A stretch of DNA of 31,094 nt from Blastopirellula marina. Its GTDB lineage: Bacteria; Planctomycetota; Planctomycetia; Pirellulales; Thermoguttaceae. The translations under genes were made by a program, and so were the position numbers. The DNA is taken from assembly GCA_020721945.1 (NCBI GenBank), contig DYLT01000018.1, forward strand, positions 1 to 31,094, in the 5' to 3' direction. Positions 9,103-16,605 of this stretch are shown piece by piece. The notes beneath the pieces were generated by a model. That model was not told the origin of the DNA and made no database searches. It saw only the letters and a program-made list of their open reading frames with translations. Position 1 is the first letter of the stretch. Each line of letters begins with the position of its first letter.

Positions 9103-9915
9103 TCAATTCATCGTACCCCGAAACCCCGGTTCGAACAAGGCCGATTGGGGCACCAGCCACGGCTCGGCCTGGGCCACGAGCGCTTCGGCAAGAAGGGGAT
9201 CCGGTCCGAGCGGACCGGTCACCACCCATTCCTTCTGCGGCCACTGGCGCCGAGCCCTCTCGGCGCGCGCGGCAATCCCCTGAGTGAGCTTGCCGGGCAG
9301 CAACAAATGGGGCTGCACCACGATCCGACGCGCCTCGCTTTCGGCCAGCCGGGAAAGCGACTCCTCGAACGACGGCTCCGACATGGCCAAAAAGCACGGC
9401 TCGATGCGCAACGCCGGCACCTGCCGTTGCCGGACCGCCACCAACGATCGCATCTCCCCGGGCGCGCCGGGATCCCGACTGCCGCGTCCCACCAGCAGGA
9501 CCACCGTCTCCTCGCACGGTCTGGGCGGCCAGCTCAAAAGGGCCTCGGCCAGACGCCTTGCCGACAGCCAAGCGATCGCGGGCGCAATGCCGACGTGAGG
9601 TGCCTGGCGCCATTCGACCTGGGGGTGCTGGGCCAGTGCCTCGCCCACGGCCGCCGGGATATCACGCTTGACATGTCCCGCCGCGAATAAAAATAGCGGC
9701 GCCACGACAACGCGGGAGATGCCGCAGCCCACCAAACGGTGGAGTGCTTCGCCGATCCGCGGCTGGGCGAACTCCAAGAAGCCTAGCTCCACCAGGGGCC
9801 CTTGCGCCAGCCGCTCGACCTCGGCGGCGATGCGCCAAACCCCTTGGCATCCCTCCGGCTCGCGGGTACCGTGCCCCACGATCAGCAAACCGGTACTTCG
9901 ATCGCGCTCGGCCAT
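9103..9915 (-). CDS. cbiX: Sirohydrochlorin chelatase, CbiX/SirB long form (two tandem CbiX domains)
   Basis: Two repeats of the CbiX fold: LLIVGHGTREPEG...VVVAPLFLFAAGHVKRDIP and VLLVGRGSRDPGAP...IVVQPHLLLPGKLT. Start chosen at ATG 9915 (M94 of the track ORF). Same strand as prc with an 80-bp spacer. Confidence 0.65.
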   Translation of the reverse strand: MAERDRSTGLLIVGHGTREPEGCQGVWRIAAEVERLAQGPLVELGFLEFAQPRIGEALHRLVGCGISRVVVAPLFLFAAGHVKRDIPAAVGEALAQHPQVEWRQAPHVGIAPAIAWLSARRLAEALLSWPPRPCEETVVLLVGRGSRDPGAPGEMRSLVAVRQRQVPALRIEPCFLAMSEPSFEESLSRLAESEARRIVVQPHLLLPGKLTQGIAARAERARRQWPQKEWVVTGPLGPDPLLAEALVAQAEPWLVPQSALFEPGFRGTMN

Positions 9916-10072
9916 CAGTGGATTGTAGCGATGGCGTCCAGCGCGCGCGGGCCGCGATCGCCCGGCAGGATTGCACCCGGCCGTGAAATCGGCCACGATG
10001 GTAGTCTGCCTATGCGGACGACCTGGACGCCCGAGAGAAACCCTACCCTGCCTGTGTACGAGGATCGGCGGA

Positions 10073-11326
10073 ATGCGACGACCCCGGTTGGCTCTGGTTT
10101 CGAGCTTCGTGTTGTACAGCCTGGCGGCTGTGGCCACGGCCCAGGAGTGGTCCCGGTTTCGCGGCCCCAACGGCTCCGGCGAGGCCGCCGACATCGGCCT
10201 CCCCGTGCCGTGGACCGACCGCGACTACCGATGGAAGATCGAGCTGTCCGGTGCGGGATACTCGTCGCCGGTGGTTCGTGGAGATCGCTTGTTCGTCACG
10301 TCGGCCGATGCGAAGGACGCGACGTTGTGGATCGACTGCCTGCGAACCAGCGACGGCCACGCGATCTGGAAACGCGAGTTCGCCTCGAAGCCGCATCCCA
10401 AGCACAAGTTCAATGGCTATGCCTCGTCGACTCCCGCACTCGACGACCGTCACGTGTACTGCCTTTGGGCGAACCCGGACTGCCTCAGCGCCGTCGCCCT
10501 CGACCAGGCCGACGGGCGTGAGGTCTGGCGGCGCGACTTGGGACCGTTCGTGGCGGAACACGGCTTCGGGATCTCGCCGGTCGTGTTCGAGGATACGGTC
10601 ATTGTGTCGAACGACCAGGATGGCGCGAGTTTCGTGGTGGCCTTGGAGTGCGCGACGGGCAAGACCCGCTGGCAAACCAACCGCCGGACCGAGAAGGCGG
10701 GCTATGCCACGCCGTGCCTCTGGCAACCCGAGGGCAAGACGCCGCAATTGATCCTCAGTAGCTGGGCCCAGGGCATCAGCAGCCTCGATCCGCGGACCGG
10801 CAAACCGAACTGGGAGCTGCCCGTCTTCCAGAACCGCACCGTCGGCTCGCCGATGATGGCCGCGGGCCTGATTTTCGCGGCGGCGGGCGTGGGCGGCGTG
10901 GGCAGGCAGATGTTCGCGGTGCGGCCCGGCGACCCCGACCGGGCCATCGAGCCCAAGGTCGTGTACCAGGTCGAGGGTCCGCTGCCCTATGTCGCCGTGC
11001 CCGTGGCCAACGACCGCCTCGTGTTCCTCTGGCAGGACCGCGGCGTGGTGACATGCCTGGATGCCCCGACCGGCAAAGTCCTGTGGCGCAAGCGGATCGG
11101 CGGCGAGTACTTCTCCTCGCCCATCCGCATCGGCGACCGGCTGTACTGCGCCTCGCGCGAGGGCGAAATGGTCGTCTTGGCCGCAGCCGACACGTACAAG
11201 CTCGTGGCTCGGTTTCCGCTGGGCGAGCGGACCCACAGCACGCCGGCCGTGGCGGGCGGCACGCTGTACCTCCGCACCGCCTCCCATGTGATGGCCCTGG
11301 AAGGCCGGCGCGCCTCGACGCCCTGA
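10073..11326 (+). CDS. Secreted PQQ-like beta-propeller repeat protein (BamB-like fold)
   Basis: Signal peptide MRRPRLALVSSFVLYSLAAVATAQEW. Repeated PQQ-type blades (SPVVRGDRLFVTSADAKDATLWIDCLRTSDGHAIWK; VVFEDTVIVSNDQDGASFVVALECATGKTRWQ; RLYCASREGEMVVL). ATG 10073 inside track ORF 9971..11326. Confidence 0.7.
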   Translation: MRRPRLALVSSFVLYSLAAVATAQEWSRFRGPNGSGEAADIGLPVPWTDRDYRWKIELSGAGYSSPVVRGDRLFVTSADAKDATLWIDCLRTSDGHAIWKREFASKPHPKHKFNGYASSTPALDDRHVYCLWANPDCLSAVALDQADGREVWRRDLGPFVAEHGFGISPVVFEDTVIVSNDQDGASFVVALECATGKTRWQTNRRTEKAGYATPCLWQPEGKTPQLILSSWAQGISSLDPRTGKPNWELPVFQNRTVGSPMMAAGLIFAAAGVGGVGRQMFAVRPGDPDRAIEPKVVYQVEGPLPYVAVPVANDRLVFLWQDRGVVTCLDAPTGKVLWRKRIGGEYFSSPIRIGDRLYCASREGEMVVLAAADTYKLVARFPLGERTHSTPAVAGGTLYLRTASHVMALEGRRASTP

Positions 11327-11467
11327 CGGGTTTTGAAACAACGCGGTAACCGTTGACCGACTGGGGACGGGCTCGCGGTTCGGCCCCTTGCGGGCCGGAA
11401 AATGTGCCGGTTCCCTTCACGCCCGGACGGACTTTGCAGTCTCTTTTCCATCGCAAGGAGCCAGATC

Positions 11468-12931
11468 ATGACGACACGACCCATGGGGCTGCCGGCGGCC
11501 CTCGCGGCCGTCGCTCTGGCGTGGGGTGGGGCGTCGGCAGACGCCGCCGAGCGACTTTCGGCCGCGGCCCTGGTGACCGTCACCCCTCGCCCGACCGAGG
11601 AACTCCTCGCCAATCCCGGCATCGGATGGCAGACCTTCCACCGCACGAGCACGCAAGACAAGAGCCTGCCCGGCTGGATTCCCTCGACCGTCCAATATGC
11701 CCGCTGGGGTTGGGGTGAACTCGAGCCGGCACCCGGCAAGCTGAACGAGGCGTTTCTGGACGACGTGCTCCGCCAAAGCCGCGAGTCGGGCCAGAAACTT
11801 GCTTTCCGCGTGATGTGCTGCTCGACGACGCGCGGCCGGCCCTACCATCCCGCGTGGCTGGCCGACGTGGGCGGCCGCGTGCTGGAGTGCGATTACGAGG
11901 GGCGAACGGTCTTTCCCATCCCCGACCTGGACGACCCCACCGTCCTGTCCCGCCATCTCGACTTCATCCGGCGGCTCGGCAAGCGGTACGACGGGCATCC
12001 GGACCTCGATCACCTCGACCTGGGCTCGGTCGGCTGGTGGGGCGAGTGGCATCTGAGCGGCTCGAAGCGGTGCAAGATCCCCACGCTGGAAAATCGCATG
12101 GCGATCGTCAACGCCTACCTCCGGGCTTTCCAGAAGACGCCGCTCGTCATGCTCATCGGCGGGGGACCGTGCCTAAAGTATGCCGTCGAGCATGGGACGG
12201 GCTGGCGGGCCGACTGCCTCGGCGACCTCGGGGGGTTCTCCCGAAACTGGTGCCACATGCGCCAGGGGTACCTGATTTGGATCAAGGAGTCGTCCGTCGA
12301 AAAGGCCTGGAAGACCGCCCCCGTCGCCTGGGAATCGTGCTGGGATATGCGCCGCTGGGTTCAAGAGGGCTGGCCGCTGCGCTACATTTTCAACTACGCC
12401 CTGGCCCTGCACGGCTCACAGATGAACAACAAGTCGGCCCCCCTGCCCGAAGGCCCCGAGGTGCGCGCCGAAATCGAACGATTCCTTCGCCGTCTGGGCT
12501 ACCGCCTGGTTCTGAACGAACTGCGTCACCCCTCCCAGGTGCAGGCCGGCGAAAAACTGGCCCTAGCCATGCGCTGGCAGAACGTAGGCTCGGCGCCGTG
12601 CTATCGGCCCTACCGGCTGGCCTTTCGCCTCACCGGCCCGCAGGGCCGACGTTTCGTTGCCGTCGGCAAGACCACCGTGAACCGCTGGATGCCCGGCTCG
12701 GTCGATATCTTCTCGAAAGAGTTCCTCGAATCGCCACCGGATCTGCCGCCGGGCGACGTGCATGCCGTGACCGAGACGCTCGAGGTGCCCAACGACCTGC
12801 CGCCTGGCCGCTACGCGCTGGCTGTCGGCGTGGTCGGCGAGACCACGGACATCCCGGTGCTACGCCTGGGCATCGAAGGGCGCGATGCCGAGGGCTGGTA
12901 CCCCCTGAGTCACGTGGAGGTGCGGCCGTAA
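11468..12931 (+). CDS. Secreted glycoside-hydrolase-like protein of unassigned family
   Basis: Signal peptide MTTRPMGLPAALAAVALAWGGASA. ATG 11468 is preceded by AAGGAG. Trp/Tyr/Phe-rich globular composition (GIGWQTFHR, WGWGELEPAPGKLNEAFLDDVL, GSVGWWGEWHL), typical of TIM-barrel glycosidase-like DUFs. The alternate-frame ORF 11815..13161 is Arg/Pro/Gly-rich and rejected. Confidence 0.6.
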   Translation: MTTRPMGLPAALAAVALAWGGASADAAERLSAAALVTVTPRPTEELLANPGIGWQTFHRTSTQDKSLPGWIPSTVQYARWGWGELEPAPGKLNEAFLDDVLRQSRESGQKLAFRVMCCSTTRGRPYHPAWLADVGGRVLECDYEGRTVFPIPDLDDPTVLSRHLDFIRRLGKRYDGHPDLDHLDLGSVGWWGEWHLSGSKRCKIPTLENRMAIVNAYLRAFQKTPLVMLIGGGPCLKYAVEHGTGWRADCLGDLGGFSRNWCHMRQGYLIWIKESSVEKAWKTAPVAWESCWDMRRWVQEGWPLRYIFNYALALHGSQMNNKSAPLPEGPEVRAEIERFLRRLGYRLVLNELRHPSQVQAGEKLALAMRWQNVGSAPCYRPYRLAFRLTGPQGRRFVAVGKTTVNRWMPGSVDIFSKEFLESPPDLPPGDVHAVTETLEVPNDLPPGRYALAVGVVGETTDIPVLRLGIEGRDAEGWYPLSHVEVRP

Positions 12932-12974
12932 GGGCCCGCAACCCCCACGGCCGCGCCGGATCCACCCGGCGACC

Positions 12975-15900
12975 TTACCGAAGCCGCTCGATGGCCTCGG
13001 CCACCCGGCGGCGGAACGCGCGCCAGTCGGAAACCGGCCAGAGCGCGTCGTGGTCGCGCTGGCCGAGTTGGAACGCGGCGAGCCGCTCGCGGAGGAGGGC
13101 CTGGGCCGCCACGTCGTTCTTTGTTTTGGCCAACCGCGCCAGCGTGAGCACGTGGCGGTAGTCGTCGAGCCCTTCGCGCATCGCGCGCTCGAAGTGGAGC
13201 GAAGGGATCAGCGCGCCGTTCGGGTTCGTGTTGCACCAGGCGTAGTCGTCCTCGCGGCAGTCGAGGGCATAGTAGGGATCGCCCGCCACCACGTTCCAGT
13301 GCCAGCTCAGGCGGAACTTGAGGTCGAACTCTTTGGCCGCCTTGTAGAGATAGACGCCGTAGGTCCAGCGGTTTCCGCCGTTGTAGAAGGCCCAGCCGCC
13401 GCCAGCCTGTTGGAGCATGCGCACGCTCGGTTCGCTGTGGAGGTTCAGATTGGCCACGTGGACCGCCTTGCCGAAGCGGAAGTGGGGGTCGTCGGCCTTG
13501 CCCGAGGCAAAGCTCGTGGCCGCCGTGAACCAGGGCGGGCCCTTGGGGAAGGCCGCCCGGTACGCCTCGGCGTTCTCCGCCGCGCGGTGCAGATTGTCGC
13601 CGATCGGCTCGTCGCCGAGGTTCCAGTACACGGGAAGCCAGCCGGCGGCCTCGGCATGCGCTTGGATCGCCCCGAAGATGGCCTTGACGAACCGCGGGTA
13701 GTCGTCGAAGCCCGCCGCCCGCATCGCCGCTTCGTCCTTATAGTAGAGGTTCAACCCGCCGATGGGAGCGTAACTGACCACGGGCATGGTGAACCCGCAG
13801 GCCCGGGCCATGGCCATCTGCCGGTCGCCCTGGGTGAAGTCGAACACCGGCCGGCCGTCCTGAAAGCCCCGGTACGCGATCCGAGGGAGTCCCGAGAGCG
13901 TCGTGAAGCCGTATTGGCGCAGCTTTTTCATGCTCTGTTGCGCCATCGCCTCGTTCCATGCGCGCGTGGCCGGATCGTCGCCGAGCCAGGGAAGGTTGAT
14001 CTCGTGTCCCCAGGGTCCCACCGGGATATCGACCGGGTCGAGCGTCCCGGCGTACACTCGGTACTCGACGGGCACGCGGGCGGGTTGCCCTTGCTCCGGA
14101 CGGAGGGTGATCGTGCCGCGGTACCGCCCGGGGCGCGCGTCGTCCGGCGGACAGACGGTCAGCCAGAACCGTCGCGTGATGCCTTTGCGCACCTCGATCC
14201 CGTGGTCCGAGGCCAGGGGGAGGATCCATCGCGGCTCGATCGTGTACACGGTGCCGTCCATCGCCACGCGGCTGAGGCGATACGAGACGCAGCCGACCGA
14301 AATGCACGCCGCGGGGATCGTCCCCGGACCCACCAGGTCGCTTGCCGAGACCGTCACGCGGCCGAGATCCGCAAGCGGGCAGATGGCCACGGTCAACGGC
14401 TCGTGCTCGCCGGCAAAGCCCTCGCCCGTGACCGGCCGGTCCGTCTCGCCACGCCGCGGTGTATCGTGGTAATAGACGTCTTCCATGTAGTCGCGCGTGA
14501 AGACGACGTAACCCCGCGCGGCGTCGGTGGCGCTCGGGGCCAGCGGGTCGCCCGTCGGCTTGTGCAAGATGCGGTGAAAGTAGTTGTCGAAGAAGAACCG
14601 ACGCTTCTTGGCGACGTACTCGAGGAAGGCTCGGCCTTGGGCGGCCTTCGCGGCCGGGTAGATGACCACCGCCGACACGCTGCACGCCCAGTGCTCGCCG
14701 CGGAAGTCGAGATTCAACTGCCCGTCGTTCACCTCGACGTCGAACTCCTTTTCCTGGAAGTAAGGCCGCTGGTACTTGTCGAACGTGTCGTCGTCGGGCG
14801 AGTCGTCCACATCCCAGAAGCGGAAATAGCGGCGCTTGAACGACTCGCGCGTCATCCGGTCCTCGGCAACGGCCTTCCCCTCGGCCAGCACGGCCCGCGA
14901 TCGGTACACCTGGTACTCGCCCCAGAAGCCCGATGGGCTGTCGAGATTCACCATGACATGATACGTGCCGTTGGGCACATCGACCGCCAGTCCGCCTTGC
15001 TCGATGCAGAGAAAGTCCTGATAGAGCGGCTCGGGCTGCAAGGCATCGAACGCCCGCCAGATCTTCGCCCCCTTCAGGCCGTAGCCCCGGCCTTTTCCAT
15101 AGACGGTCGAGGGGTCGATCCGCGTGAAGCCGGGCATGAGGGGACTCTGCGCCGGACCGAAGTCGAAGGCGTACAAGCCCTCGAACCGTTTCGCGGGCGT
15201 TTCCACGTCGCGTTCGAGGCGGAGATGGTCGAGGTACAACGGGCCGGGCGGCCGATCGCCCACGCTGAACACCAGCCGGGTGATCGCGCCGAGCATCAGG
15301 CCGCGCCCCGGCCGCGACTTCTCGCCCACATAAAGCTGAGCCAGGGGGATCACCAGGGTGCTCTTGCCGGGCGGGACGAGCGTGTTGTGGTTCACCCGGG
15401 TCCAATAGTCGCGCGTTTGGCGGTCGCGGACCTCGACGTAGAGTTCCGCGGGCTTGTCGGCATCGAGAAAGAGATCGACCTTGAGGTCGTCGTAGCCCGA
15501 CCAGTCTTGCGGCCCATCCCAGACCGTGTACCCCGTGTCGAGACGCCAGGCCTTGGCCCCATGGGTTGCGTGCTCGCTGGCGAGGCGTCCGCTGTCGAAG
15601 GGCGACTTGGGCTCGAACGAGGTGAGCACGCGCACCTCGGGGCCCGAGCGGACGCGCTCGCTGACAAGCGGGCTTCCGCACGCATAACAGGTCTTCCACG
15701 CGGGCATGTTGCGGTACCCGCACTCGACACAGCGGATTTCGCCGGGTCCCAAGGGGCCCGGTGGGGCGATGGGCTGCTCCTCGTCGCCCAGCACGGGCTC
15801 GGGCGTCAGCGGGACCTCGGGGCCGACCCGCACCATGGCCACGTCGTCGATCCAGAAATAGCCCGGCGCCATCAGGCCGAACGACGGACCCAGCACGTCC

Positions 15901-16355
15901 TTCTTCTCTCGGACCTCGGCAACGTAGGTCAGCCGCGTCCAGCCGAAGGTGCCGTTCTTCTTCAAGGGCAGGTACTTGCCGTCGAACATGAACTCGGTGG
16001 TCTGTCGCCAAACGCCCTCGCCGATGTCGAGGCCGCGCAGAAAGGCCGTGATCTGGTAGCGACCCGGCTCGAGCCCCTTGAACGATTGGGTCACGCGGAT
16101 CTTCGGCTGGCTCGACCCGAACAGCAGACACGAGGTCTTTCCGGTGCGGGCGACCCGGCCCACGCGGAACTCGCAGTCGCCCTCGTACTTCCATCCGCCC
16201 CAGTGCTTGAATACCAGCCCGAATTGGTCGCGCGGCTTGGGCTCTTCGAACGACGGGTCGGCGATGCGATTCTCCTCCGCGGCAAGGGTCGCCTGGTTCC
16301 AGATGCCCCCAAGCCAGACCATCACGGCACAAACACGCAACAGCCGACGAAACAT
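12975..16355 (-). CDS. Very large (~1126 aa) secreted multidomain protein: CBM-like beta-sandwich domains, an internal Cys4 zinc ribbon and a C-terminal glycoside-hydrolase-like domain
   Basis: Signal peptide MFRRLLRVCAVMVWLGGIWNQATLAAEE from ATG 16355 (M52 of the track ORF). N-terminal CBM4/9-like module (NRIADPSFEE...GRYQITAFLRG...WIDDVAMV). Zinc-ribbon CVECGYRNMPAWKTCYACG. Clan-A-like acid/base motif context WNLGDEP near the C-terminus. The antisense 1118-aa ORF and the same-strand alternate-frame 864-aa ORF are Arg/Gly/Pro-rich shadows. Confidence 0.6.
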   Translation of the reverse strand: MFRRLLRVCAVMVWLGGIWNQATLAAEENRIADPSFEEPKPRDQFGLVFKHWGGWKYEGDCEFRVGRVARTGKTSCLLFGSSQPKIRVTQSFKGLEPGRYQITAFLRGLDIGEGVWRQTTEFMFDGKYLPLKKNGTFGWTRLTYVAEVREKKDVLGPSFGLMAPGYFWIDDVAMVRVGPEVPLTPEPVLGDEEQPIAPPGPLGPGEIRCVECGYRNMPAWKTCYACGSPLVSERVRSGPEVRVLTSFEPKSPFDSGRLASEHATHGAKAWRLDTGYTVWDGPQDWSGYDDLKVDLFLDADKPAELYVEVRDRQTRDYWTRVNHNTLVPPGKSTLVIPLAQLYVGEKSRPGRGLMLGAITRLVFSVGDRPPGPLYLDHLRLERDVETPAKRFEGLYAFDFGPAQSPLMPGFTRIDPSTVYGKGRGYGLKGAKIWRAFDALQPEPLYQDFLCIEQGGLAVDVPNGTYHVMVNLDSPSGFWGEYQVYRSRAVLAEGKAVAEDRMTRESFKRRYFRFWDVDDSPDDDTFDKYQRPYFQEKEFDVEVNDGQLNLDFRGEHWACSVSAVVIYPAAKAAQGRAFLEYVAKKRRFFFDNYFHRILHKPTGDPLAPSATDAARGYVVFTRDYMEDVYYHDTPRRGETDRPVTGEGFAGEHEPLTVAICPLADLGRVTVSASDLVGPGTIPAACISVGCVSYRLSRVAMDGTVYTIEPRWILPLASDHGIEVRKGITRRFWLTVCPPDDARPGRYRGTITLRPEQGQPARVPVEYRVYAGTLDPVDIPVGPWGHEINLPWLGDDPATRAWNEAMAQQSMKKLRQYGFTTLSGLPRIAYRGFQDGRPVFDFTQGDRQMAMARACGFTMPVVSYAPIGGLNLYYKDEAAMRAAGFDDYPRFVKAIFGAIQAHAEAAGWLPVYWNLGDEPIGDNLHRAAENAEAYRAAFPKGPPWFTAATSFASGKADDPHFRFGKAVHVANLNLHSEPSVRMLQQAGGGWAFYNGGNRWTYGVYLYKAAKEFDLKFRLSWHWNVVAGDPYYALDCREDDYAWCNTNPNGALIPSLHFERAMREGLDDYRHVLTLARLAKTKNDVAAQALLRERLAAFQLGQRDHDALWPVSDWRAFRRRVAEAIERLR
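15678..15731 (-). other. Cys4 zinc-ribbon (CxxC-x13-CxxC) embedded between CBM-like domains of the large secreted protein
   Basis: Direct translation of the minus strand gives CVECGYRNMPAWKTCYACG. Confidence 0.5.
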
Positions 16356-16540
16356 GGCGGCAGACTCCCAGGCGAGAATCGTGGCGGCACCGCGACGGCA
16401 GCTTGATGCTGCCGAGGACCGGGGCCCATTATGGGTCGGGGGTAATGCACTCGGCAAGTCTCGGGTCGCGGCGCGTTCGGAAGCCTGTCGGGCCTCGAGC
16501 ACGCGCACGGGTCGCGCCTGCCGGTTTCGACACCTTGAGC

Positions 16541-16569
16541 TTGCCCGATGGCGCGAAATGGGGTTTAAT
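16541..16569 (+). promoter_or_regulatory. Candidate sigma-70-type promoter (TTGCCC-N17-TTTAAT) for the SNF2 gene, in a divergent intergenic region
   Basis: TTGCCC at 16541-16546, 17-nt spacer, TTTAAT at 16564-16569, about 37 nt upstream of ATG 16606. Pattern match only. Confidence 0.25.
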
Positions 16570-16605
16570 GGAGTACAATCGTGGCAGTCTCACGGAAGGC
16601 GGACG

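Noticed and set aside
9023-9613. 197-codon in-frame extension upstream of the prc start (and similar extensions before prs, pth, cbiX, SNF2, the hydrolase and the flotillin starts)
   Set aside because: The extensions are low-complexity R/G/A-rich, precede signal peptides or conserved N-termini, and lack RBSs. Open frames upstream of true starts are common in high-G+C DNA. Internal ATGs with SD-like sequences and family-typical N-termini were chosen instead.
9916-10072. Possible cobalamin riboswitch in the cbiX / PQQ-gene divergent spacer (the GTGAAATC segment loosely resembles the GGTGAAAATCC riboswitch core)
   Set aside because: No B12 box (AGYCMGGAGACCKGCC-like) or the other conserved riboswitch pairings on either strand. 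The resemblance is limited to one 8-nt word.
11815-13161. 448-aa alternate-frame + ORF inside the 11468..12931 gene
   Set aside because: Arg/Pro/Gly-rich nonsense composition. The 11468 frame has a signal peptide, an RBS and aromatic-rich globular sequence.
13050-16406. 1118-aa ORF on the + strand (and 864-aa ORF 13738..16332 on the - strand in another frame) covering the large secreted protein gene
   Set aside because: Arg/Gly/Pro/Ala/Val-dominated low-complexity translations with almost no Trp/Tyr/Phe/Lys/Asn. These are typical shadow ORFs of a high-G+C gene. The 12975..16355 minus-strand frame has normal globular composition, a signal peptide and recognisable domains.
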